DNA of 64,000 nt from a phage, in sequence record PZ296772.1; one strand, 5' to 3'. Made by a program: the position numbers and the translations under genes. This document shows positions 55,963 through 64,000 of the stretch, piece after piece. The first letter of the stretch is position 1. Every line of letters starts with the position of its first letter. The notes under the pieces were generated by a model that saw only the letters and a program-made list of their open reading frames with translations, made no database searches and was not told the origin of the DNA.

Positions 55963-56382
55963 ATGAATATTGTAAATCTCTCTACAGGTGATTACGTATA
56001 TGTATCTGTTGCTTCTCGCTCTAAAGTTGCCGGGAAGTTGGTTGAAGTTCTTTCTGTGAGTGATCCGGTTTTTGGTCGTAACCAAGTTAAAGTTCGTGAC
56101 GCCGATGGTAACATTGGTTACGTTAAAAGCCAATTTATTGAACCAGAAGAAAAAGCGTTCAAATGGAAACTGGGCAGATCAGTTTTAGTTGTAAAAGACT
56201 ACGAGTTCACCATTGCCGCTGCGACAGATGGAACACCGTGGACAACGAATCAAGTTGCTGGTTTTATTTCGGACCAATGGGTAGAAGATGGTGTTAAGCT
56301 TTATAACATTGTTTTCGCTGGGCAGTTCATGGTAGTTCCTGAGTTCCAAATCAAAAAATATTGTCCAGCATCTTTTGCATAA
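55963..56382 (+). CDS. paralog-family protein 3
   Basis: 139 aa; SRSKVAGKLVEV and AGFISDQWVEDGVKLYNIVFAGQF, clear tandem paralog of 55498. Confidence 0.5.
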   Translation: MNIVNLSTGDYVYVSVASRSKVAGKLVEVLSVSDPVFGRNQVKVRDADGNIGYVKSQFIEPEEKAFKWKLGRSVLVVKDYEFTIAAATDGTPWTTNQVAGFISDQWVEDGVKLYNIVFAGQFMVVPEFQIKKYCPASFA

Positions 56383-56386
56383 AGTT

Positions 56387-56415
56387 GTTTACTTCTCCTC
56401 CGGTTTTGATATTAT
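56387..56415 (+). promoter_or_regulatory. early promoter-like cassette
   Basis: GTTTAC, 17 nt, TATTAT; tctcctccggtt/aaccagaggaga near-inverted repeat. Confidence 0.45.
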
Positions 56416-56441
56416 AACCATATCAACCAGAGGAGAATAAT

Positions 56442-56966
56442 ATGTTAGTTTACCGCGTAGAACGTAGTTTTTGTACTCAACGTGAATCATTACCAGGAAT
56501 TGCTATCGAAGATGGTAAAGCCGTCAGAATTTGGGAAACCTCTTGGAATAAAGAACCTCGCTCACCATACGGTTGGTCAGGCACCGACAACTCTGAAGAA
56601 ACATGGGAGTTCCTTGATAAACATGGAATACTCTCAGGTAACTTCTACCATCATGGCGACAACTATAATGTCCCTAATCGTCCTACAGTAAATGAAGACA
56701 AACTCCTTGAACAAAATATCTTAAGATACCATAGAATTGAGCACACATTTGAATTGAACGAAGATTGGGCTCAAGGGTTCTATTTTGGATTTGAAAGTGT
56801 TGACGCGGTTTATGCATGGTTTGATGACCAGGTGGATGTTGAACTCTTGAAAGCTAAAGGATACTACATCGCTGTCTATGAAGCACCCGATTTCATCCTC
56901 GGAAGTTGTCAATTAATGTTTAGACGTTCATTGGCAGAACAAGTTGATTTTATTTTGCTAAAATGA
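56442..56966 (+). CDS. hypothetical protein
   Basis: 174 aa, RBS GAGGAG. Confidence 0.5.
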   Translation: MLVYRVERSFCTQRESLPGIAIEDGKAVRIWETSWNKEPRSPYGWSGTDNSEETWEFLDKHGILSGNFYHHGDNYNVPNRPTVNEDKLLEQNILRYHRIEHTFELNEDWAQGFYFGFESVDAVYAWFDDQVDVELLKAKGYYIAVYEAPDFILGSCQLMFRRSLAEQVDFILLK

Positions 56967-56994
56967 TGTACAACAACTATGGTCTATGATACTA
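56967..56994 (+). promoter_or_regulatory. early promoter-like cassette
   Basis: TGTACA ... TATGATACTAT; ggtctat/atagacc inverted repeat. Confidence 0.4.
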
Positions 56995-57023
56995 TAGACC
57001 TATCAAAACAAGAGGAGAATATT

Positions 57024-57251
57024 ATGAAACGTCAAATCATTAAAAACGTAACTACTGATTCAAACATCGATGAGTTTGAAGATGTTCTGTTTAATCCTGA
57101 TTTAGTTGTTGTACAGAAAAACTGGACCGAATTTTTATGCTACACCGAAGTGGTTTACGTTTACGAAAAACTCGGCGATGAAATGCCTATCTATGGTATC
57201 TTCCGTGAAATCACTGAAAATGGTACAACTTATTGGAAGGAAACTTACTAA
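57024..57251 (+). CDS. hypothetical protein
   Basis: Start moved to ATG after AGAGGAGAA; 75 aa. Confidence 0.4.
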   Translation: MKRQIIKNVTTDSNIDEFEDVLFNPDLVVVQKNWTEFLCYTEVVYVYEKLGDEMPIYGIFREITENGTTYWKETY

Positions 57252-57661
57252 TGGCTAATAAATTCCGCGTTAACTCATGGTACCAATTTATAGATAAACG
57301 TGCCCAAGAAGAGTTTATTAAAGACCACACTGATAATGGGATTTATGCACGACGTCTTGGCATGGAACCATTTAAAGTATTAGATGTTGACCATCTCGGA
57401 CGTCCTACTAAAATTTTAACATCTACTGGCACGGTTGGATACGCAACAGGCGGTGATATCCTTGATGAAAACTTTATCTGGCTCTCCACGAATGAAGCAG
57501 AGTTCTTTGACGAAGTTGAAAATCCATATCAAGCGTCCGAAGAGCAAGATTCTGGTGAACTTGGCGAATTGTCTGAATTTCCTGTGATGACGATTACTAT
57601 CGAAAATAATGACCAGGCATGGTCTTTGTATCAAATGTTGAAAGCACATTTTAAGGAATAA
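57251..57661 (+). CDS. hypothetical protein
   Basis: Start moved to internal ATG overlapping upstream stop; 136 aa. Confidence 0.4.
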   Translation: MANKFRVNSWYQFIDKRAQEEFIKDHTDNGIYARRLGMEPFKVLDVDHLGRPTKILTSTGTVGYATGGDILDENFIWLSTNEAEFFDEVENPYQASEEQDSGELGELSEFPVMTITIENNDQAWSLYQMLKAHFKE

Positions 57662-57663
57662 TA

Positions 57664-57843
57664 ATGCCATTATACGACTATAAATGCCAATCTAAAGATT
57701 GTGGCCATGAATATGAAAAAATTAAAAGAATTTCTGAACGAGAAAACGATGTTTGCCCTGAATGTCATCGTTTGTCTACTCGTCGGGTTTCTGCTCCTAA
57801 ACATGTGAACGGTGGTTTTTACGACTTACTTAAGAAGGGTTAA
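57664..57843 (+). CDS. zinc-ribbon small protein (FmdB-like), below ORF-track threshold
   Basis: 59-aa ORF MPLYDYKCQSKDCGHEYEKIKRISERENDVCPECHRL... with CxxxxC...CPxC; fills the gap between 57661 and 57846. Confidence 0.45.
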   Translation: MPLYDYKCQSKDCGHEYEKIKRISERENDVCPECHRLSTRRVSAPKHVNGGFYDLLKKG

Positions 57844-57845
57844 TT

Positions 57846-58271
57846 ATGGCTTTTAAAGGTTTTGAAGTTGGTAAGAAATATCGTATTATCAAAGGACAGG
57901 AAGATAATTTCTTGAGAATTCTTAATACGACTGGTAAACGTCTTAATACTAATCTGCATACTACTTTATTGACCAAAGATTTTATTGTGGAAGAGATGAT
58001 TGGTTACGGCGTTTCGGTTATTGCCGTAGAAGCCGTAGGCGATTATGGGCGAACTATTCATAGTATGCAAGGTGATATTCTGCTTTATGGTGCAGAATTT
58101 AAATTCTTTGAAGAAGTTCCGGAACCAGATACAGCTGTCGATTTCAAAAAAGGCTCTATAGAATTTGTTGATGGTTCGGTGATCGTATCAGGCGATGTGG
58201 TCATTACAGTTAAAAGTGAACAAGGGCGTTTGGCTGCAATTGATACACTTCAGAAAATTAAATTTAAATAA
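57846..58271 (+). CDS. hypothetical protein
   Basis: 141 aa, followed by a terminator. Confidence 0.45.
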   Translation: MAFKGFEVGKKYRIIKGQEDNFLRILNTTGKRLNTNLHTTLLTKDFIVEEMIGYGVSVIAVEAVGDYGRTIHSMQGDILLYGAEFKFFEEVPEPDTAVDFKKGSIEFVDGSVIVSGDVVITVKSEQGRLAAIDTLQKIKFK

Positions 58272-58288
58272 GGGCTTCGGCCCTTTTT
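58271..58288 (+). terminator. rho-independent terminator
   Basis: agggc-TTCG-gccct followed by T5. Confidence 0.6.
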
Positions 58289-58334
58289 GCTTTAGATTTC
58301 GGATGATAGAATACCTTCATAACGAGGAGACAAC

Positions 58335-60152
58335 ATGATTAAAAATGAAATTAAGGTATTGTCAGATGTAGAACATATTAAGAAACGTAGTGGTATGTAT
58401 ATTGGTTCTTCGGCCAAAGAAGCACATGAGCGTTTTTTGTTTGGTAAATATCAACAAGTTGAATATGTTCCTGGTCTGGTTAAATTAATCGATGAGATTA
58501 TTGACAACTCGGTCGATGAAGCTATTCGTACATCATTTAAGTTTGCAAATAAAATTGATGTGCAAATTAAAAATAATCAAGTTTCGGTGGAAGATAACGG
58601 ACGTGGTATTCCTCAAGGTTTAGTTACAGACCAAACAGGTGAACAAATTCCTGGGCCTGTAGCAGCCTGGACTATTCCAAAGGCCGGTGGTAACTTTGGT
58701 GATGACTCTGAACGCAAGACTGGTGGTATGAACGGTGTCGGGAGTAGTTTAACTAATATCTTCTCTACGTTGTTTACAGGCATTACGTCAGATGGCGAAA
58801 ATGAAATCACTGTTAACTGTTCAAACGGAATGGAAAACAAATCATGGTCTTCTAAGAAATCTAAAGGTAAAGGCACTAAAGTAATCTTCACTCCTGATTT
58901 CTCTTCATTTGAAGAGCATAATTTATCTCAAATTTATTTAGATATTACTTTAGACCGACTTCAAACATTAGCAGTCGTTTATCCTGATATCAAGTTCACA
59001 TTTAATGGTAAAAAGGTTGATGGTAATTTTAAACGATTTGCTAAACAATTTGGTGAAGATAACATCATTCAAGAAAATGATAAAGTCTCTATAGCATTCA
59101 CAACATCACCAGATGGCTTCCGTCATTTAACTTATGTGAATAACATCCATACTAAAAATGGCGGACATCATGTTGAATGTGTAATGGATGATATCTGCGA
59201 ACATCTTTTGCCGGGTATTAAAAAGAAATATAAAGGTATTGAAGTCACTAAAGCTCGTGTTAAAGAATGCCTCACAATGTTGATGTTTATTAGAGACATG
59301 AGCAACGTGCGTTTTGATTCTCAGACTAAAGAACGTTTAACGTCGACGTATGGTGATATTCGTAATCATATCCAATTAGATGCTAAGAAAATTGCTCAGG
59401 CACTTCTTAAAAACGAAGCCTTGATTATGCCTATTGTTGAAGCAGCATTAGCTCGTAAATTGGCGGCAGAAAAGGCTGCAGAAACTAAAGCAGCTAAAAA
59501 GGCAACTAAAGCTAAAGTTCATAAGCATATTAAAGCTAACCAATGTGGTAAAGATGCAGATACGACATTGTTCTTAACAGAAGGTGATTCGGCAATTGGT
59601 TATCTCATTGATGTTCGTGACCGTGAACTACACGGTGGATTCCCATTACGTGGTAAGGTGATGAATAGCTGGGGTATGTCATATGCTGATATGATGAAGA
59701 ACAAAGAGCTCTTTGATATCTGTGCTATCACAGGTCTTATTCTTGGTGAAAAGGCAGAGAATACGAACTATCGTAATATTGCAATTATGACTGATGCCGA
59801 TCATGACGGTCTTGGAAGTATTTATCCGGCTTTGCTTGCTTTCTTTAGTAATTGGCCTGAATTGTTTGAACAAGGACGTATTCGCTTTGTTAAAACGCCT
59901 GTAATTATTGCACAAATTGGCAAAACTCAAAAATGGTTTTATACTGTAGCTGAGTATGAAGAAGTTAAAGATACACTGCCTAAGCATAGTATTCGATACA
60001 TCAAGGGATTAGGCTCCCTTGAAAAGTCAGAATATCGTGAAATGATTCAGAACCCAGTGTACGACGTAGTTAAACTTCCTGAAAATTGGAAAGAACTATT
60101 TGAAATGCTCATGGGTGATGATTCAGAACTTCGTAAAGAATGGATGTCCTAA
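58335..60152 (+). CDS. 39: DNA topoisomerase II large subunit (GyrB-like), single fused gp39+gp60-equivalent ORF
   Basis: 605 aa; GHKL ATPase motif LIDEIIDNSVDEA, GGMNGVGSS; Toprim LTEGDSA and DADHDG in one frame. Confidence 0.85.
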   Translation: MIKNEIKVLSDVEHIKKRSGMYIGSSAKEAHERFLFGKYQQVEYVPGLVKLIDEIIDNSVDEAIRTSFKFANKIDVQIKNNQVSVEDNGRGIPQGLVTDQTGEQIPGPVAAWTIPKAGGNFGDDSERKTGGMNGVGSSLTNIFSTLFTGITSDGENEITVNCSNGMENKSWSSKKSKGKGTKVIFTPDFSSFEEHNLSQIYLDITLDRLQTLAVVYPDIKFTFNGKKVDGNFKRFAKQFGEDNIIQENDKVSIAFTTSPDGFRHLTYVNNIHTKNGGHHVECVMDDICEHLLPGIKKKYKGIEVTKARVKECLTMLMFIRDMSNVRFDSQTKERLTSTYGDIRNHIQLDAKKIAQALLKNEALIMPIVEAALARKLAAEKAAETKAAKKATKAKVHKHIKANQCGKDADTTLFLTEGDSAIGYLIDVRDRELHGGFPLRGKVMNSWGMSYADMMKNKELFDICAITGLILGEKAENTNYRNIAIMTDADHDGLGSIYPALLAFFSNWPELFEQGRIRFVKTPVIIAQIGKTQKWFYTVAEYEEVKDTLPKHSIRYIKGLGSLEKSEYREMIQNPVYDVVKLPENWKELFEMLMGDDSELRKEWMS

Positions 60153-60168
60153 GCTCCTTCGGGAGCTT
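60151..60168 (+). terminator. terminator-like hairpin
   Basis: aagctcc-TTCG-ggagctt followed by cattttaatttt. Confidence 0.5.
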
Positions 60169-60194
60169 CATTTTAATTTTAATAAGGCTTAATT

Positions 60195-61295
60195 ATGAAA
60201 GTTATGTTTATCCCATCTCGTGCAGTCCCATTTAATCCTGACCGTGTACAAGGTGGACTTGAAGCAGTACATTTAAATGTGTTGAAATATCTTGTGTCCA
60301 TCGGTGCTGATATTGATTATATCGGCTTTGATAATGACACGTTTGGTGACTGGAAAGTTACACACCATCCTGTTGGTCATCTGACTAAATTCAGTCTAGG
60401 TATGAGTTATACTATGGCTCGTAAGATTGTTGAACTAGCCGGCATCCATGAATACGATTTTGTTGTTACTATGGAACCGACTAAACTAACCGTCCAAGCA
60501 ATTAAAGACGCAGGTCTCTCTAAAGTTCATAAGAATTTTATGGCTACGCCATTTGAACCGGTGTCTCGTGGTATTGTTCAAATTTGGGATCAGACTATCC
60601 AGATTCACAAGAACGGTGGGAAGAGCTATGCTCCTACTAAAGCCTTCCGTGAATTTGAACGTAAATATTGTCATATGACTTCAGCTCTTACTGACAAAAT
60701 TGATTATGACTACTGGCGTGAAAATCCATTATTTGAACCTGATGACTACCCGGTTATTTGTTTGAATGAAAAACCTGAAGTTCTTCCGGCAACTGATTTG
60801 ATTATTAGTGCTCAACGTTATGACACTAAGATGCGTCGCACTGATGTTGCTCTTGAAGCAATTAAAGCACTAGGCGAAAATGGTATTGGTTATTGTCCAA
60901 GCAAATGGGCACCACCAGCTAAATATCCTGTTATTATTGATGCTCCACACAGTGAAATCATGGAACGTCTTAAAACAGCTAAAGCACTTATTAATACATG
61001 TCCTGACACAGGTACGGTAGAGAATAGTTCTATTGAAGCCATCTCTAAAGGTGTCCCTGTAATCCAGTTAGTTTTTAAGGATTATCCTCATGCGACATTC
61101 GAATACGACCCAGATACTGTGCGTGTAGAAATTGATTCCTCTACTCCTAAGAAAGAAGTAGTTGCGCTTTACACAAAAGCTGTATTAGAATTCACTGACA
61201 CATACAAAGCTCGAGTTAAACGTGCTGAAGCAGTATGGAAGAAGTATAATCGAGATGCAGTTGTTGCGATGTGGGATAAAATCTTCACAGCGTAA
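60195..61295 (+). CDS. GT-B-fold glycosyltransferase (candidate DNA hmC glycosyl/arabinosyl transferase)
   Basis: 366 aa; N-terminal MKVMFIPSRAVPFNPDRVQGGLEAVHLNV and C-terminal ENSSIEAISKGVPVIQ resembling the GT4/GT-B donor-binding motif; between 39 and rIIA. Confidence 0.55.
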   Translation: MKVMFIPSRAVPFNPDRVQGGLEAVHLNVLKYLVSIGADIDYIGFDNDTFGDWKVTHHPVGHLTKFSLGMSYTMARKIVELAGIHEYDFVVTMEPTKLTVQAIKDAGLSKVHKNFMATPFEPVSRGIVQIWDQTIQIHKNGGKSYAPTKAFREFERKYCHMTSALTDKIDYDYWRENPLFEPDDYPVICLNEKPEVLPATDLIISAQRYDTKMRRTDVALEAIKALGENGIGYCPSKWAPPAKYPVIIDAPHSEIMERLKTAKALINTCPDTGTVENSSIEAISKGVPVIQLVFKDYPHATFEYDPDTVRVEIDSSTPKKEVVALYTKAVLEFTDTYKARVKRAEAVWKKYNRDAVVAMWDKIFTA

Positions 61296-61387
61296 ATCCT
61301 GAATAGCCTGAGGCACTATTACACATAAGATGATAAATTATATGGTCTTTAGTAATAGTGCCCTAGGAATCTACTGAAGAGAATATT

Positions 61388-61588
61388 ATGAGAACATATA
61401 ACGTGGACTTGGAACTTTTTGATAAAGCGGTGCTCCGGGAATTCCGGCTTATCCAAAGATTTTTTGATATCGAGTCAGCAGAGTCATTTAAAGAACGCTT
61501 TAAAGAAATTCGATATAAAATACAAACCGATACAGCTACTAAAGAAGAACTTCTTGAAGTAGCAGAAATTTTTAAACGTAACTTGTGA
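61388..61588 (+). CDS. hypothetical protein (rIIA-proximal small ORF)
   Basis: 66 aa immediately upstream of rIIA. Confidence 0.4.
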   Translation: MRTYNVDLELFDKAVLREFRLIQRFFDIESAESFKERFKEIRYKIQTDTATKEELLEVAEIFKRNL

Positions 61589-61600
61589 TGAGAGAAAAAT

Positions 61601-63814
61601 ATGATTATTGAAACAGCTAAAGAAACGATTATTGGTTCAGGCGGTAAGAGCACAGCATTCACTATTCAAGGCAATAGCAAAGTTTATAAGATTTTGTCTA
61701 ATGACCTTTATACAAACAAAGAATTGGCTTGTGTACGTGAATTAATCACAAACTGTATCGATGGACAAATTCTTAATGGTTGCACTGATAAGTTTATTGT
61801 TCAGGCTCCAGGTCGTTTAGACCCACGTTTTGTAGTTCGAGACTTTGGTCCTGGCATGAGCGATTTCACCATTAGAGGTAATGACGAAGAGCCAGGAATC
61901 TATAACTCATATTTTGCTTCAACTAAAACATCGAGTAACGATTTCATTGGCGGATTCGGACTCGGCTCTAAAGCTCCACTAGCATATACCGATACGTTTA
62001 ACCTTACGTCTTATCACAACGGTGAAGTTCGTGGTTACGTAATCTACCAAGATGACAGTGGTCCACAGATTAAGCCGACCTTTGTAGATAAGATGGGCCC
62101 TGATGACCGTACGGGTGTAGAAGTAGTTGTGCCGGTTAACCCAGAAGATTTTGAAAAGTTCGCATCTGAAATTGCATATGTTATGCGTCCTCTAGGTGAT
62201 ATTGCAGAAGTTCGCGGTGTTAAAGATATTAAATACTTTCCTGAATTTGACGATGTATATTTGGCTAAGGAAGCTCCATGGGGTGAACGTGGTAATATCA
62301 TGGCTGTTTATGGTGGTATTGTATATCCAATCGGAAGTGTTATTAAAGAACAAACATGGATGATGACGCGATGCACTACAGCTTATATTAAATTCCCTAT
62401 GGGTGAACTAGATGTAGCCCCGTCTCGTGAAGCATTGTCATTTGATAAACGTACAGTAGCAAATATCCATAAACGCGTTGCAGAAATTGATGCAAAATTA
62501 TTTGCTGAAGATTCTAAGAAATGGATTGATTGTGAATATCCACGTCATGTATTCCGTGAAATCGATTCTCTTGGTTACTCTGCTCGTAAATACATGGAAA
62601 AAGCTGGTTCTAATATTGAATCACTGAAATATTCTAAAGAACAGCTAACTTATTCTGAGTTGTACAAACGTTTTAAAATGGGACCCGAATGGTGCAACCT
62701 TGGTGTTGTATATGATATCGTTTCAGACCCACGACTTCGTCGTATTCGTGAAAGCGGAAGCTCGTCTGCAACTATTTCAATTAATAGCCTGCTAGGTATT
62801 AGTCGTAAGCATATTGATATTGTTATTGACGATGTGAAAGGCCGCGTACCAATGATGCGTGCTCTGAACGATGCTTTGACTTCCACAGATGCATCAACAC
62901 TCGTTGATAAGGTTCCTTCCGGATATGGTAGTAGCGTATTATTCATTAACCCGGAAGATGAAGTTGCAATGAAACTTCTGGAACGATTAAAGGTTATTTT
63001 CGCTGGTGATAGCCTTAAATTTTATAAGACCTCTGAAATTCTTGCATTAGTTAAACCGTGGATTGAAGTTAAAGAACGTTCATCGCAGCCTCGTCCTAAA
63101 TCCCCAAGTGCTCATCGGTTCTTTAAGAACGAAAAAGATGTTTGGGTATCAGAAGACCTTTTTATTCCGGCCAGTAAAGCTGATGAGATTCAAGGTTATG
63201 TTGTAATTCGTAATCGTTCTAATGCTGAATGTCTTGATGCAGATAAAGGTTGGTTGAACTATGATTCAAATTTCTTGACCCGTATTGCTGATTTGTCAGG
63301 TATTAAAGAGTTCACTGTAGTTCGCCCACAGATTGCTAAGAAAGTTCGTAAACTTGGTGAAGTAGAATGTTTGTTCGAAAAATCAATTAATGACTATGTT
63401 ATGCTAATTGATAAAGTGGATTATGATGAGTATGTATCACCAAGTCGTAGAGCACAGCCTTATTTGAATCATATTACTCGTAATGAAGAGCTTAATTTCC
63501 TTAGTAAATATTTTAGCTCTAAGAACAAAGAAATCAGTAAAGACTTTGCAAAACTCTCAACAGTAAATAATCGCTGGGGATGGAATCGATTCGCAGGTGC
63601 TGATAACAAAGACCTGAACAGGAAGTTAGAATTGTGTGCTAAAATTTTCGATAAGCTTAAAGATAATGCTTACGATAATGATGATAAAATGGTTATTGAA
63701 TTCGAAACCAATTATCATATTGTGTCAGAATACATGGGACGACGTGGTACTCTTTCCAAAGAACAGGTCGCTCAAATCGTTAAATTCATGAAGGCCGTGG
63801 AAGCGGCCAAATAA
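61601..63814 (+). CDS. rIIA: rIIA protein
   Basis: 737 aa; N-terminus MIIETAKETIIGSGGKS...KVYKILSNDLYTNKELACVRELITNCID matches recalled T4 rIIA. Confidence 0.8.
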   Translation: MIIETAKETIIGSGGKSTAFTIQGNSKVYKILSNDLYTNKELACVRELITNCIDGQILNGCTDKFIVQAPGRLDPRFVVRDFGPGMSDFTIRGNDEEPGIYNSYFASTKTSSNDFIGGFGLGSKAPLAYTDTFNLTSYHNGEVRGYVIYQDDSGPQIKPTFVDKMGPDDRTGVEVVVPVNPEDFEKFASEIAYVMRPLGDIAEVRGVKDIKYFPEFDDVYLAKEAPWGERGNIMAVYGGIVYPIGSVIKEQTWMMTRCTTAYIKFPMGELDVAPSREALSFDKRTVANIHKRVAEIDAKLFAEDSKKWIDCEYPRHVFREIDSLGYSARKYMEKAGSNIESLKYSKEQLTYSELYKRFKMGPEWCNLGVVYDIVSDPRLRRIRESGSSSATISINSLLGISRKHIDIVIDDVKGRVPMMRALNDALTSTDASTLVDKVPSGYGSSVLFINPEDEVAMKLLERLKVIFAGDSLKFYKTSEILALVKPWIEVKERSSQPRPKSPSAHRFFKNEKDVWVSEDLFIPASKADEIQGYVVIRNRSNAECLDADKGWLNYDSNFLTRIADLSGIKEFTVVRPQIAKKVRKLGEVECLFEKSINDYVMLIDKVDYDEYVSPSRRAQPYLNHITRNEELNFLSKYFSSKNKEISKDFAKLSTVNNRWGWNRFAGADNKDLNRKLELCAKIFDKLKDNAYDNDDKMVIEFETNYHIVSEYMGRRGTLSKEQVAQIVKFMKAVEAAK

Positions 63815-63823
63815 GGAAACATT

Positions 63824-64000
63824 ATGTACAATATCAAATGCTTGTCCCAAGAAGAACAGTTAGAAGCTTACGGTCTGGTTGAATCAGGCAAATGGACTCG
63901 TAAAGAAATTGCCGATTACTTCGACATTTCAACAGATACTCTTCGTAAGATTGTTAAGAATTTTAAAGCTGAAGAGAAAGCAGCTGAATTTGAAGACGAA
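63824..64000 (+). CDS. rIIB: rIIB protein, 5' partial (runs off window end)
   Basis: ATG after AAGGAAA; MYNIKCLSQEEQ... matches recalled T4 rIIB N-terminus (MYNIKCL). Confidence 0.7.
   Translation, partial: MYNIKCLSQEEQLEAYGLVESGKWTRKEIADYFDISTDTLRKIVKNFKAEEKAAEFEDE

Noticed and set aside
580-56994. CRISPR array as the explanation for the repeated intergenic elements
   Set aside because: The repeats are promoter-like, irregularly spaced, separated by whole genes and not identical; no repeat-spacer periodicity.
1-64000. tRNA genes
   Set aside because: I found no cloverleaf-compatible segment I could support by eye; the T4 tRNA cluster maps outside the region syntenic with this window. Not excluded without tRNAscan.

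Overview
This window reads as a T4-type (Tevenvirinae) phage replication/early-gene region, in reverse-complement orientation relative to T4 numbering, with almost all genes on the + strand. From memory (no search possible) the DNA polymerase looks RB69-like. Gene order: regB - tk - rI - variable ORFs - nrdC - 49 - nrdD (split by a 1033-nt group I intron carrying a GIY-YIG homing endonuclease) - nrdG - nrdH-like - small ORFs - 55 - 47 - 46 - 45 - 44 - 62 - regA - 43 - [SIS isomerase, nucleotidyltransferase-kinase fusion, HAD-like, U32-like] - 42 - [two non-T4 ORFs] - uvsX - 40 - 41 - dmd - sp - 61 - 56 - soc - modA/modB-like - dda - dexA - paralog cluster - 39 (single fused topoisomerase ORF) - GT-B glycosyltransferase - rIIA - rIIB (partial). 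The most interesting feature is that the T4 alpha-gt and beta-gt positions hold no glucosyltransferase-sized ORF, while a sugar-nucleotide biosynthesis module sits between 43 and 42 and a glycosyltransferase sits next to rIIA. With gp42 and gp56 present this predicts a pentosyl-hmC (arabinosyl-type) DNA hypermodification with a phage-encoded donor pathway. Arabinosyl-hmC is, to my recollection, reported for RB69-like phages, but the donor-synthesis enzymes here look uncharacterised. Intergenic regions carry a repeated promoter plus inverted-repeat cassette. CDS coordinates follow the supplied ORF track with starts moved to the first RBS-supported start codon; promoter, terminator and hairpin coordinates were read by hand and may be off by 1-2 nt. 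Protein identifications rest on motif recognition and recalled T4 synteny, not on any search.
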